A stretch of DNA of 57,640 nucleotides, taken from Girardia tigrina. Taxonomy: Eukaryota. Below, in pieces: positions 12,436-27,218 of the stretch; position 1 is the first letter of the stretch, and each line of letters opens with the position of its first letter. The stretch lies in NCBI GenBank assembly GCA_001938485.1, contig MQRK01170283.1, positions 1 to 57,640 on the forward strand, in the 5' to 3' direction. The notes under the pieces are model-generated. The model saw only the letters and a program-made list of their open reading frames with translations, had not been told where the DNA came from and searched no databases. Made by a program: the position numbers and the translations under genes.

Positions 12436-12755
12436 TTATATATAATACATTTATCGAAAATGTTTGTTTGTTTGTCGGCCACGCTATAATCACAATGTGA
12501 AATTGCAGAGCACCGGAGCGAATCCACATTAAAGACGTGGTCAACCTGGATAGCTTGCATCGAGATGGTTCTGTCTTTGCAGCGCATTCGCTTAAAGGCA
12601 CCGGGAGCCGACTTAATTGACCGACTGTTAAATCAACACAGAATTCGAAACAATAAATAATAAATTATAATAATTACGATTTAAAAATTAAAACATTCAA
12701 ACTTTCAAAGACGAAAATTTAGCGCACACATCATATATGATTGGTCTTTTTCTAG
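12436..12755 (+). mobile_element. Non-autonomous Helitron-like element (copy 2)
   Basis: Colinear with 10819-11148. Contains TGTTTGTTTGTTTG and ends CATATATG...TTTTCTAG|T. Confidence 0.72.
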
Positions 12756-13470
12756 TAATAAATTTTTTTTTATTTAATTATTTAATTCGAAACAAGAAAA
12801 ATAATAATTATAATTATATTTAGAATAAAAAGGGTGTGTCCAGAATAATACATAAAATTTATTCATGTCATGAAATTTTAAAATACTTAAGTAAATGGGT
12901 AATTAGTTGCAAAATAATTTTGTTACTTATTCATATGTGTAATATATGATACTACTTCAAAAGATGGAAGGTTTTCTTTAATTATTTGTGAGTATTTACA
13001 TTTATATTTCTATATCTATTACTAAAGATTAATAATATTTCGATCTCAAATATGGTCAGGACATTCCATGAAGATTTCTATAATTCATTGAAACAGGAAA
13101 ATTATTTTTAAATTTTTATATCATTTAAATCTGTCATCTTCTATGGTATCTTTTCACAATCTTTTTACTTACAGACAGATTCCGCAACACTAAAAGATAT
13201 CGAGTAATTTCCTTTTTTGATGTGCTGACTGAGTGTACTTATAATAAATATAATGAAACAAGATTCTTTAGAAAACCGACGGATATTTGCTTATATAGTT
13301 TTCCAAATAGTTTTTTTGATCCCCAATAAAACATAAATATGTTAAAAGTCAAATAAATGTCAAGAAGATTGGAATTATTTACCTAATTATTAGAATTTGT
13401 GTATTAAAATATACACTCCATGAAAGAGTATTAAGATAATTGTTAGTGACTTTAGCCGAGATGTGAGGTA

Positions 13471-14042
13471 TTAGGTTGATGCATAAGTTTTTAAACCCAC
13501 AGCGTAAAAGATCATGGGTAGATGCGGGTCAACCTTCAACTTACTTAAACCTGTTACTTAAACCCGGAGAAACAATCACAGCACAGCGCTACAGTGGACA
13601 TTTGTTGAAACTGAACGAAAAAATCAAAGAGTTACTGCCGCAACATGGACATTCGATTAAAAATACTCCAAGATAACGCTACACCGCATGTTTCGAAAGT
13701 GACGAAAAATAAAAATTTTGGAACTGGGGTGGGAAGTTTTACCGCATCCGGCGTATGCTCCGGACATTGCTCCATCGGATTTTCATTTGTTTCGCTCTCT
13801 ACAACATACTCTGGCTGGTAAACGATTCAAACAAGAAAGTGATGTGCGAAATTACATCGATGAATTCATGGCATCGAAACCAGAAAAATTTTTCACCTAT
13901 GGAATTAGAAAATTATCGGAAAGATTGCAAAAAGTAATTGATTGTAACGGCGAATACTTCATCGATTAATATTTTGTAGTTCCTTTAGAAATTATTTGAT
14001 AAAAGTATTAAAAATAGGCTAAAAACTTATGCATCAACCTAA
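13471..14042 (+). mobile_element. Internally deleted mariner with TIRs and TA TSDs
   Basis: TIR TTAGGTTGATGCATAAGTTTTT at both ends, flanked by TA. C-terminal transposase WEVLPHPAYAPDIAPSDFHLF...NGEYF. Confidence 0.93.
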
Positions 14043-17000
14043 TAAATTAAAAATTTTAGTGTTATTATTACGACAACGAATTTTTTCAAACGAAGAGGTA
14101 GAATCAGTTTAAAAGCAAAATTATGAAGAGATATAAAGGAGATTCATCAGACACTTTGAAGACTAGAACAGGTCAAGAGAGAAAAGTCTCTAAAAAGAGG
14201 CTCTGAGCACACTGCACAGCTATCGGAAACTGAACTGCATCAAGTATGACTCTTTTCTATGTTGAGATAAAAGTTCAGAAGTTAATATTGTCTAAGAAGG
14301 TCCAAACTAAATTGAACGACTTTATCATGATGCAGTACACAGTCCAAGTACTATTGATGTTTATGAAAAACAAACAATATAATCAAATTGTATTTAAATA
14401 ATAAAAAATATTATTGGGTTTTTTTTCTTTAATAAAATAGGTATAAAATAGGTATAAAAATATAACTTTTGTTTGTATTTCAATTATATTCATAAAATAC
14501 AATTTTTACACATGTTTCTCATTATGTCAAAGCATAACATATCGAATGCAAGTGAAGGACATTTGAGGATAAAGGAATCCAATCAAGTATGTACTGTAAA
14601 TTGTAAATTATAGTGAGGAAAAATAAAAAATTAAATGTCAATTAAAATTCCAAGAAAAGTGAGGAAGAAAAATCAAAATTTTAAAAATCCAAACATTTAA
14701 AGTAAATTTAGTATAATTTATTTTTCTTCTTCTAATTAAAGAAATGTAATTATTTCTAAAAAAATGTAAAATAAAAATTAGCAATCTCCATAGCATTGTT
14801 GGTGAATTAAAGAAAGCAAAATCATATTTCTACTTTTGAAAAGGTATAAATAAAAGGAATTTATTGAGTGAAAGAGGATAGAAATACTCAAAATTATTTT
14901 CATTTCTTGGGAAGTATTCTCAAAGCTCAAGGAAATAATCTGAGATTAAGCAACCAGTATTTTTTATAAAAAAAAATCTTCAAGATGAATTTTTTAATGC
15001 ACTAACATCAAAGTCTGAAGAATACTTAAATAAGAAAAAACGGTAAAGATTAAAAACTAATATTAACAAAGCAATCAGTCATTAATTAAAACTCAAAGAA
15101 TGGAAAAAGGCAAAAGAGGATACACTGTGAAAGAAGTGATGAGTTGAGAAACTGTTCAGTTTTTTTGTCTAATTCTCATTGAATTTTGTTAAACACAAAT
15201 GATTTTTGAAAACAATTTTTATTATAATAATAAAATTATAATACATTTTAAAACAATAGGAAAGTTGAGAATAGTCATTTTATTACTTACTCAAAATACG
15301 TTTCCCACGACAATCTGAACGTATTTAAAATAAATTCCAACAATATACTCTTACAATATAATTGTCTTTTTTGTCTCAGGAAAACGATATTTCAATATTC
15401 AAATAATAATATTATTTATTTTTCTAAGGAAATGGTTTTTTCGAAAAAATTACGAAAGTAGACTAAGATTATTTAAAACTTGTCTTAGGAATAGTTTTTT
15501 CTTAATAAAAAGTTGTTAACTAGTTTTGTATTTATTAATTATAATCTTACACGAGAAGATGATGTCTGAAAGGAAAAAACGGGAAAGAAAAACAAATAAA
15601 AAGAAATAAAAACAGAAATCAAAGCCACACTCGAACCAATTAGACTCACTGAATTATGCTTCTCGTTCGACTTTGACGGATTTATTTCCAGTTTGACACA
15701 GTGAAACAAATTATATTAAAACCATTAAAGTCTCAAATCCTAATGCCTTTTGCAATTTATAAATTTCCCTACAAGAGAAAACAAAATAAACAAACATTTT
15801 TTAATTCCTCAATCAAATTTAGTGTATTTGGTTTTTCTATTTTTATTTTTTTTTCATTACACTTTCGAATCTGATTCCAGTGTCAATTGTAAATGTATTA
15901 AACTTTAATAACCCGTTTAAAAGTCAACAAAATAATTTAAAGATCACTAACTATTACTTTTTGTAGTTATGAAATAAAAAAGAACAATTTTTGCTTTTTT
16001 TTGAACACTTTAACAGCTTTCAAATGTGTCGTTTCACAGTCACTGTTCGCAGAGTATCGAGGTGAGTGTCGTTGTAGCACTTCTCCGTCTCAGATGTTTG
16101 TTTCTGTATCAGCGAAATAACTTGCACATCCTCACTTCTTTAGTCGCGGATAATTTAGTAAATTGGTCACCGCGAGATCACTCAGATAAACGATTTCATA
16201 CAGGTTTTTTAAAATGAGGATATCATTTTTGCTCAGGAATTCATCTTTGCTGTGAGCGTCAATCAAGTCCTCAAGAAATACCGTCATAGGACCATTTTAC
16301 AAAATTTATCTGCAATAAAGAGTGATTAAGGTTACGATGAATTAATTTTTCAGATTGAACGATAATTTCAACACTTTTCCCAACGTAAAATTCGACAAAC
16401 ACTCTTGCTGCTATGATGATATACAGAGTCAATCAGAATAATCAATCCATAAACATTTGCGTCTCATCATAGATATTAAACAGGCATTCACTCTCCTCTG
16501 AATTGGTTTTGTTTTTGAGATTAATTAAAATTTCATTCAAAACTTTACAGTTTTTACTGCAGTCGATATTCGGAAAATTCAACTATGCAATTTGCGCACT
16601 CGAAATATTTGCATTTCAAAATTGAGCAAAATCAAAACTTCAACCTACTTCTTTATTTTCTTCCTACTTAATTACACTTGACAGGAATAATATTTTATTA
16701 CTTTGACACTGTTAGGAATTAAAAGTGTTAAGAAAATTTTTGAAAAAAAGTTATATTAAATATGTACAAATTAAAATTTTTATATAATTAAATATGTAAC
16801 GTTTGGAAAAAATAAAATTACTAAAATTAAGAAGATCAATTAAATTGCTAATAAAATTTTTTTTGAGAGTTTTAATATAATATAAAAAGTAAAAAAAGTG
16901 TATAATTTTTATGTGAAACGATTTTAAAAAAGTAATAAAATTAAATGAAACGATTAAATATTTTAAAGTGTTATCGTAATTTAAAATTGATTTATAGAAG

Positions 17001-19053
17001 TAATGGAAAAATCAAATATGAATATTTATGAGTATTTTTATCTATATCGGTTTAAGATTTATAAAACAAATTATTTCTCAAAAAAAATAATAAATTTGTT
17101 TAAATATTAGATTAAAACAATTGTTTTTTGTAGTATAATAAAAGTTTTAATGTCTGCTACTAATAATTCCGACGATGTTCCAAGAACCACTAATAGACAC
17201 CATAAAACAAATTTCGAATACAGGATTTTCGTTTTGATTATTTTTAAATTAAATGTTTTTTACAAATTTCTCGGTCACTCGTCACTGGAATCACACTAAA
17301 GAAGAAGGCAAGAAACTACACTTAAAATGATTTTCGAACCTTCACATTCTATTAGGTGAAAACAAAACTATCTAAAGTGATACCAAAAGAAAGATTGGAT
17401 CTTCCATATTATGAAAATCTTCTTTCATAATCGTGAAACATGTAACGGCAACGTACGATAATGGAGGTAAAGGGACAAATATAAGTTTCCCATTGATTTC
17501 AGAAACAATAAAAAGAAATATATTTTTGACTGCTATTTTATTCAATACAAAACGGATAGACGTTGGTTTCGCGATTTTAGAAAACAAAATTTGAAAAAGG
17601 TGAAAGTTTTTTTCGATAGACAAGCCCTATAAAATGGATGTTGTATTTTATATTTTGTTTCTAACAGCATTTGCAATAATACTTTTTATTATTATTTATT
17701 TATAATTAGTTTTTGCTCGATGGAGACAAGAACAAAATATATGTACAACGGCAAAGGTTTTCGATATTCTCTGGAGATACCCTAAAATAAAGAATTTAAA
17801 TAAAGTTAATTCTTACTCTGGCAGTTTATTTGACCGAAATTATGTCAAATCGTATCATTATTTTTACGATATTGAAGTATTCATAAGAAAAATCATGGAA
17901 CCAAGAACGGACTTCTCTTGTAAGTTTCATTTTATTGACGATCTTCTGTCGTTTAGTTTGTGGAGGGAGAATACTATTTCGTTTTCTGTCACGATGATTT
18001 CCAGGAATCCAGCACCGATTTCAGCATGAATATTGATGCTCTCTTGAAGTACCTTCCCACACATGTCCGTGCAGATAAATTAAAGTACGAAATGTGAGCA
18101 TAACTTCGATGCACAAATAATATTTATCAGTTTCATGGTATTCCTCATCATGTATATCTGTTCAGTAGCACTTAAGTCCTTTAATTTACTTAAAAGTGGA
18201 CGTTTCTTCACCATAGGAATTTCTAAGTTGTAGTATTATTTCACCAGGTTCAATTTTTCTTTTAAGCAAACACATAAATACCTTCTCATTTTTCAACGTT
18301 AGTTATCATGTTGAATTGAATAATCTCAATAAATGTATTACAAAAATACGTTATGAAAAAGCGACTTTTTAATGAAATTTCATTTTTTAATACAGAAAAC
18401 GTTTCAATTTTTTTTATAAAGAATATCAACATTGAATACAAAAAATCCACCTTACAATAAGCAATTTATGTGGCTGATAAACTTGAAGATTGATAATGAT
18501 TAAAATAATGATTTGGTCTTAGTTAATTTTAAGCTTTCATCAATTTATTTCTTTTAAATTGATTCAATTGTGTACTAAATATTAACTTTCCTAAATCAAG
18601 GTATTCTTAAGAGAAATGATTCCATATATTCGTAATCTATTGGAAAAAAATAACTTCTAATAACTTTAAAATTTTCATTTTTGTGCTAATAATTTAGTAT
18701 CAAATAAGTCATCATGTATAGGAATTCTTCATAAACTTACAAATAAATCTCTTCCCCACTAAAACCTTTCATTCCTTTTTTCAGGAAACTTAATTAAAAA
18801 CATCAACAATGAAATCTTTAGAATCTTTAACTCTAATGTTTAATCTATATATGAGATGGATAATCTTTATATTTCTAATGGACAAATACGATTGATTATA
18901 ACGATGAGAATTCCTGGATGATATCGCTGTGATAACGAAGACCTCTGGCTCTAGAAAAATCTTTGCCGCGACCATATTCAATATCAAGACGATTTTTTGT
19001 TTGCACATAGAAAATAATTACAAATTATCTAAAACTGCGGTTGATATCAATAT

Positions 19054-19986
19054 TGTTGAGGACATAAGGTGTCCTCAATCTATCGAAATAATAAATCCAC
19101 GAATGAAATAAATTTATTCATTATTAAACAACTCTTCAACTAATCAAAAAATCCATAATTGTCAATTTCAATAGTCTTTTTGTGCTGTCAGTATTTTTAT
19201 TGGTGACTAAATTCCTCTTAGAGTCATTTTTGATTTTGAATTGTAAAAGGTGCGAAATTTTGTTTTGTAAATATTATTTTTGTTTTTGAAAGAGCAAGGA
19301 TACTGGCATTTGAGGGCGTTGTCGTTGAACATAATGTGATACCATCGAAATTTGTTTTTTTTCTTCTATTGGTTTTTCTACAACATTTTTGTAATTTCCT
19401 TTGTCTTCTTTTATAAATGTTGTAATTCTCTCCTTAAGATATCGTTTCACACCCGAAATTTCTATATTTAAAATTTTCATTTTCCATTTCTTAATCTTCT
19501 GTAACAAATATTCTACTAGATGTGTATTTGTATTTCCTGTTTGGTTTTTAATTTATACTTCAATATTATTATATTTGTCATCTAGTTTTTTATGGATTGA
19601 ATGTTTGTAGAATTGTGATTTCTGTGATTTGTTTTTTAGAAAACTGATATGATTGATATAGTTCGGTATTATGGTTTTTTGAGTATTTGAGTGTGGTACT
19701 GTGTTTACACAATTAATATAGCTGAACGTCGATGACTTAATTTTGTAAGGAGGAATTTGTGTTGTGTTGTTTTGTGTGTTCTTTATCCCACTTCTGACAC
19801 CAATTGTTGAGGACAGATGATGTCCTAAATCTATCGAAATAATAAATCCACGAAAGAAATAAATTTATTCATTATTAAACAACTCTTCAACTGCTAATCA
19901 AAAAATCCATAATTATCAATTTCAATAATCTTTTTAAATTATTAATTTTAATACCTTTAATAAGTAGGGCACTACTAATATCAACA
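19054..19986 (-). mobile_element. Deleted Ty3/Gypsy LTR element (one full LTR, one partial LTR, gag remnant)
   Basis: LTR 19805-19986 is bounded by TGTTGA...TCAACA, and about 120 bp of it is repeated at 19054-19175. An 18-nt PBS (ATCCCACTTCTGACACCA on +, 19785-19802) matches the tRNA-Leu 3' end. Confidence 0.82.
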
Positions 19987-21331
19987 GTGTACCGACTTTC
20001 GATTATGACTTGAGAAAGTTAGGGGATGAGTTTAACCTCCTCATACCCAAAGCACATTGTAATATACATAAATTTCAATCCTTCTTTCAAAGCCATTTTC
20101 GACTTGTTTACATTGAGAATATTTTATACATCGTAGAGTACACAATATTTATTCGTTTATTCTTGCCAGTGTCCCCATCTAGTGAGTAACATTTGTGTTA
20201 AATGCCATTCTTGCAAATTTTGAAAAATATTTAAAATAAAGTCAGGTCTGAGGAGGTTAAGCCATGAAAGAAATAAAAGAGCGGAATGTTTTTGTTGTGT
20301 TGTTCTCAGATCAAAGTCGATCGAAAAAAAGGGTTAATGTTCAACAGATAACATTTGAATTTTATTAAATTAAATATTTTAGAAAAATTTTGAAAAAAAT
20401 ATTCGAATGATCATTATACAAAAATAAAAACCCAATTAGAAGGATGTCAAACTGTGAACGATCTTCCAAAATTTTTGATGATTTTAAACTTGATAATAAT
20501 AAGTATTCAAATAAAACTTGTCTCGGTGCTCTTAACTATAACAATATGACAACCTCCAGCATATAAATAACTATTTTTTGAAATATGTTGTCGAAAAAAA
20601 TAAACATTAAAGTCCTAAAACATCTAAAAACAGAAGTCGTAAAACATTAAAACTAACAAAAACTGATTGACAGTACTTAAATTTTATATTTCTGTCTTTT
20701 TTACCAGTTTATATTACCCGAAAAGTAATGAGCATATTTATTTTGTCACATTTTAATTCGGCCAAATAGAAAATAAATCACAAATAAAAAACTCAAATGG
20801 AATTTTTCAACGGAAAAGGGGTGGAAATTTTGTTTCTCCTAATCTTTTCTTACGTTTTCTTTTCTGTTTTTCCCATTGCCGGGGTTCTGAGCTCCAATAA
20901 TTGATTTTTAATTAACATTTTAATTCGAACCGATAATTCAATTTTTCACATTCTTTCTGTCATCCTCTTTTTCGGAGATAAAATCAGATGAGTCAGAAAA
21001 TAATCAAGGAAAATATTTATAGTCCTTCGGCCTCAAGTTCTCCTTCATTAATTACATTAAACATTGATAATTTCTTTTTTTTTAAAGTTTTCCTTTCCCA
21101 ATTTAATATTGAAGTTAATTTATTCAATTTGATTAAATTGAAATGATGTTTCTATGTCGACGAGAGTAAACAGTAGAAATTGTGCCTGACGAAATTCTTA
21201 TCAATGTTAACTTAACTTTGCCAGAATAAATCAAAGTAGTGTCGGCAGAAAAAAACATTAAACAAGATATAATATTTATGTAGATATTGATTAAATAAAG
21301 ATTAAATTATTTATTTGTTATTTATATTTAG

Positions 21332-21809
21332 GCAAATCCAAAGGAGTAGCTTTTATACGATTCGATAAGCGAAAAGAAGCGGAAGATGCAATCGACATTT
21401 TCAATGGGAAAATTATCGAAGAAGGAACCGTGGGGCTTGTCGTAAAATTAGCCAATACGCCCTTCAATTTGTTGAATCCAAAATCCAAAACCTCACCAAA
21501 ACCGGCATCAGTTGTACCAAATGGATCGAACGGGAAATCCGTTGTTTCTTCGGTGAAAGTTTCACCAAATATTCCTATTAAAGATATTAGTCGACCGGTG
21601 GTTTTTTGTAATAGCCAATCGACGATTCCTGGAATGGTTTGGAGATCGCTTTTTATTGAGCCAGTCAGGCATACGTTTTCCGCACCAACGTTATCTCTTC
21701 CAAAACTTTCTCATTTAAAAACCGACCCTGAATATCTTTGTACGAGACCTGTTCTTTCAGAAACTGTATCTACTGCTGCCGATTCTTCAAACACTTGCAC
21801 ATTCAACAG
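21332..21809 (+). CDS. elav: ELAV/Hu-like RNA-binding protein, internal exon (second half of RRM2 plus Ser/Pro-rich hinge)
   Basis: Acceptor TTTAG at 21327-21331, then GKSKGVAFIRFDKRKEAEDAIDIFNG...LVVKLANTP, the RNP1 and C-terminus of Hu-family RRM2. The frame is open to donor AG|GTTTG at 21809/21810 (phase 2). Confidence 0.8.
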
Positions 21810-22025
21810 GTTTGATATTTGTATTTCTTTTTACTATTATTTCATCTGTATTCAAAATAAAAAAAAAGTTTTTAAACTATTAGATTGAAAAGAAAGTTTT
21901 TTACGGTGATTTTACATTAGAATTACGCAGGCAAAAAGTAAATTTTAATAATATGTTATGTATCATTCAAGTACAACTCACACACTTTCTGTTGATAACT
22001 TTACAATAGTTATGATAAAATTTTA

Positions 22026-22200
22026 AACATTCAGCTAGTTGAATAATGTATTCCGCCATAGTGCACATCGGAAATTGCATGCTTTTACAGTTTGATGTCC
22101 ATGATAATGAAACCAAAGTCACTAAAGTAGCCAAATCAATTCGTGCTGTTTATGGGGATGATACTCTTACTTGATTCAAATGTGGAGATCGTGCCCTCAA
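22026..22200 (+). mobile_element. Decayed mariner transposase N-terminus
   Basis: VHIGNCMLLQFD...SIRAVYGDDTLT*FKCGD resembles the mariner HTH region HIRHCMLYEF...VYGDD..WF..F..GD. Confidence 0.5.
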
Positions 22201-24084
22201 CTGCGACAATCTAGTCAAGAAAACAATTGCTCAGGCCTGACCAACCACCAACAGCTACCCCCAAGTTAGAAATCTATGGAAGAGTAATTAGTGAGAGCGT
22301 GGCGCTGTGAAAGCGTGAACATGTCCATAGTGGTTCGTCTAGATCTATCAAACAATAGTTCGAGGATGATAAATTATGTCGTATACCAGTAACATGATGA
22401 GTATTAAAGAGTGCATTAAAGGATCGACTCTTCTTTTTTAACTTGAATGGGCGTGTAAAAATACCTTCTTCCCCTCTGGCAATACCCAGGAAAGGAGATT
22501 AAATTAGTTTGGTGACAAGTCGATGATTTCGTCGCTTTATCACCCATGTCATTCATATCATTCACACGCACAAAAGCAACAAAAAAATTCAATCAAAGAA
22601 TTAGCAAAACACCATCGTCAATGAGGTGAGGGTTTTAGGTACCCAGTCTGAAAATGTTATGGCGCCCTCCAAAGATTTTGCGGTAACCCTAGAGTCTCAA
22701 GATTTCTTTTTTTCTACTCTTCGGACAAATTTTGGCAACTAGCCCTTCGAGATAGAGGTTCTCGTCACTACCTGAAATCATCCCGGTACACTTCGGCGAT
22801 ATTCCTCGAATCCTCATCTAAAATCATGAATTACGGCCCTTGTGAGAGCTCGCTCACGTTCTCTCTCGTCAGAAAAAGGCTGATTAAAAATTTATATATA
22901 TTTTTATCAATCGAAATATATCCATAACAATATTTTTAATTATTAGTTACTGCTATGATTTACATAAATCATGCGTGCAAAAACAAAAAGAACATTCAAC
23001 CCAAACTAATGGCTCATTTGAGAAATAACGTAATACTTTGTATTTGTTAAGATTAGACGGGTAGTATCTGCTTCAGCTCCTCAAACCTGGCCAACATTTA
23101 TTCACGACATTTGATTCGTTTTAGTAAACCTTTGCAAATAAAACGGCCTAACGGGGGCAAAGAAGATTGCGACTCAATTTATGACTTCACAAGGTGTCAT
23201 ATGGCAGAAAAACACGATAGAAAAGTTCATCTATTAAGTCTTTCTCATGCGGCGTACTCATTCCACTTGGTAACCTACGACTACTCATAGATCCGATCGA
23301 TGGATAACTTCAGAGATAAAGGTTATTCCGACTCGGAAAATATCAAAGGTGTCTTTCAATTTTTCGAGTTCAAGCAATCCAGTTTTCACGAGAGATATAT
23401 CAAGTCATTACCAGTAATATGGGTGTTTGGTAGTCTCCAAGTTGCTCTAGAGACTGACCGTTTGTTGCAGAGTCATGGCTGCAGATTTTCTACTATTCGT
23501 GCTAGGCCCATTTAAAATTTGCTGCTAATAATACTCTATTTCTGTTCATCATTTTTAAATAATCATCTCCGTCAATAATTCAGTAGTAAAAAGTTATTTA
23601 ACAAATTGTTTTCCTGATAATTAATAATAAATAATCATATAACGATATTTAATTCGAAATAATAGTTATTCGAGCATAAATTATTTCAATAAATGAAACG
23701 AAATTTGAACACAGCAAAATTGAAAAGTGATTTCAGAAACAGTAAATTATTAACACTTTCGTACAAACATTAACATCAGAGATTCGTATAAATTCGTTTA
23801 TAACTTTCGTCACAAAAATTCGTTTATATAAAATATCCAGTGACCAAAATAATTCGTCGCATTGTCTCACTAAAGCAATGCGGCACACACACCAGGGACA
23901 AAGAAATCGAATAATGATGATAACAACAATAACTGATTCGGTGAGTCATCGATAAGAATTGTTTATTTTTCTAAAATGAACAAAACTCATACATAGGATT
24001 TGTTTCCTTTTTTTCCATATTTAAATTACTTATTTTTTTATTATTTATAATATTATTCTATATATATATATATATATATATATA

Positions 24085-24328
24085 CAGTAGATTTCGCTTA
24101 TAGAGAACTTGCTTAAAGAGAATAAAATCGGGTAAAGAGAACTTTTTGGTTTTTTTTTAACTTTTGGAACTTTTTTTTTTTAAAAAATAAATGTGTTGAT
24201 TAGTAAAGTTTTTTTTGATATTTTTTTAAAAATTATCCTTATAAAAAAGTATCTGTTAAAGAGAAATATCGGTTATGGAGAACATTTTTTCAAGTCCCAA
24301 AAATATTCTCTTTAAGCGGTATCTACTG
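24085..24328. mobile_element. pogo/Tigger-type MITE
   Basis: The left TIR CAGTAGATTTCGCTTATAGAGAA matches the reverse complement of the right end, CAGTAGATACCGCTTAAAGAGAA. Internal repeats of TAAAGAGAA; inserted at a TA tract. Confidence 0.75.
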
Positions 24329-24331
24329 TGT

Positions 24332-24377
<46 letters not shown>

Positions 24378-24427
24378 NNNNNNNNNNNNNNNNNNNNNNN
24401 NNNNNNNNNNNNNNNNNNNNNNNNNNN

Positions 24428-24464
<37 letters not shown>

Positions 24465-27139
24465 GTTTACTTCAAAAAAAGTTGTTTAAATTGAATAATC
24501 TATACAAAGAGTTATTATTTAACTTGTTTTTCCAAAATTTTTGAAAAACTTAGTTACATAATTTGTTATTTGATGCTAGATTTTTAAAAAATTTTTATTA
24601 GTCAATATACAATATATAGACCCTAAACTTCAATTTAACATCAAAATTAGCGATATTAATTAACACCTTGCGGGACACCCTGTATATTAAGCACATCACG
24701 AACAATTCAGCGATAAACAATTCAACAGTCTTTAAACAGTACATCTGAACACTTGAGATTGTCTTTAGACAAGAGAGAAGAGGACACTTGATATATAAAT
24801 AGACATATCAAAAATATAAATAAAAAATTATTTCAATTCCGAAACAATGAGCGAAGGTTAACAATGCATATTGCTTTGTTGATTTACTGACTTTGTTATA
24901 TTTCTATTTTAAAATAAATATTTTAAAAAGTCGTGCAATATTTTCTTAACAACCCAATATTTTTAAAGTTAATTTTTATTTAATCAAGTCAGTTAAGTTT
25001 AAAGAAAAAATTATATTTGTTTTTTCATTTCTTCCTTTTCTCCTTATCTTCTTCGTTGCTTTAGATATTTATTTCATTTTTATGTTATCTTTTTGTTTCA
25101 ACAGTTAAATGAATTTGGTTTTTTTTATAAATTATATAAAAAGGTTTCAATAAAATGGACAAATTGTTCGAATTAGTTTAATAATTTCTCGTTTAATTAT
25201 GGTAAAAACCGATATTGTTTATTATAAAAGTTATTTAGAAATATTTCAATGTACAAAAAATATTCTTTCTTATATGATATTCACATTTTATTTTTGAAAA
25301 TGATAAAAAAGGTGATACTAATACAATGGTTAAGCTTTCTATTTACGTTGGATGAAATGAATGAAGTTAATGCTTACTTTATAATGGATCTCTTAAAGCT
25401 GACTTTCCTTTCATAAAAAAATGGTGTTTCATAAGAGCCATCGTTGTCAGGTTCCATAGGAAAGCTAAATATTTACCAAGTGAATTTTGTCGATCTTAAT
25501 AAATTGTCGAAATACTTGGAAAATAAATTATAGAAAAATCTTGTGTTTTCGAACTTAATTTGATCAAGAGGATATTGGAAATACAAATGTATAGTCTTTT
25601 AATTCCAAGAAGAATGCGTAGATCCAGTCATTTTTTTGTTTTCCAGGACTGTTCAATTTTTAATTTCCATGTAGTTCCTGTGTTCTTCAATTCTTCAGTC
25701 CAGCATGTCTGCCTCCCTCCTTTGAAAATTTTATCTTATAATTATTTTACACAAGAATATCTAAAACTCCTAATATTGTGACATTCCCTTGCAACTTTTG
25801 CTTAACTTTTTTCGTGTGAGGAACGTATTTATGCCTACTGACATGTTTAAATTCTGTGAATGTTAATATGTTCTGACATTGTCAACAGACAGCTTTTCGT
25901 TGACACAATAGCTTTAATAATGTATTTCGGTAGTTATGTTTATTAATTGAATGGTTTATTATTTCAGCTACTGTTGGTAGAGACCTTTGTTCAGTAATAC
26001 TGCAGATCTAGCAAATAGTATTAAGGTTAAGGTTCTTTCTGTAAGGAAGAAATGAATGAGAAAATTCAAACTCTAGCTGATTGCGATATTTATTTAAACT
26101 GGGAATATATCGACGTTGTGTAGTTCTAATAAAGAAGTACGGCCAGAGTCACAATTAACATTATGAGCAAGATCTTCATCTTCTTCATCAATATTAACTT
26201 TCCATATCAGTTTTACCAATAAATTCAATAAATTATTGGTAAAAAGTGAGGGTTATTCTGTCACTCTACTTTTATTTCCAGGTCATCCTCCTAACTTCCT
26301 ATCTGTCGTTGTTATTGACTGTTGTCATCCAAAAAATTTTAAACATTGAACTTTTTATTTATTTTACTCTATTTGTCAAAATCCAATAAATAATAAATAA
26401 AATAACTTATAAATAACAATTATTAATACAAATAAATTTTGCTTTTATGGAATAAATTAAGAGAAAGCAATCTGTATTTGTTTCAATGAAATAAAGTAAT
26501 TATTTTGAAAATCTTTATTTATTATTATAAATATTTATTATATTATATATTTACTTTTTAGTTTGTATTGAATTTGTGGTTTCAATAAATAATAAAAAAT
26601 ATATTTCCTCATTTTAATTACTTAATTGACATTTGGTTTAAAATTTCTTAAAACCTCTTAAATGATTTTTTTTCCTATTTACATAAATCAAATAATTTAA
26701 TTAAAATTTATATTATAATTTACTTTAATAAAACAAAAAAAACGTAATGTTTCTTGCCAAAAATGTCAATCATTTTTAATTAATTTAAAATTAAATTCTA
26801 AATCAAATATTCTTTAATTTTCTTTTTTAACAAAAAAATAACATTTAATAAAAAATTCGTTATTATAATTAAATAAATATTTCAAAAATATTCAAAATGT
26901 GAAAAAAAGATATAAATAATATTATTAATTTAAAATTAAATTATTGTAAAATAACAAATATAAATAGGAATTTTTTTTAATAAATTTTGAATAATTGTAT
27001 TTTTTTAATAATCGTTCAATCTTTTCAGGACCATAAAAATATAAAATAATATATATTTTAAGAATTAAAAAAGACACTTCTTCGGTAAAAGATTTTTTGT
27101 ACTTACGACTTTTTAGTATGCAGAAATTCCATTTTTAAT

Positions 27140-27218
27140 TGTGAGGGATAATTGTGAATGTTGTAAGTTTGTTGTTTTTATGCTGTTTAGATTTGTGACT
27201 CTCCTACTCAGATGGGAT
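27140..27218 (+). repeat. Conserved motif of unassigned dispersed family (copy e)
   Basis: TGTGAGGGATAATTGTGAATGTTG...CTCTCCTACTCAGATGGGAT. ATG ACC AAT at 27512 (MTNENCCEESVCIVNK). Confidence 0.7.

Noticed and set aside
22860-23500. Possible LTR integrase remnants (also about 27650-27900 and 40130-40390)
   Set aside because: Only faint motif traces such as QFMTSQGVIW; too degraded to call with coordinates.
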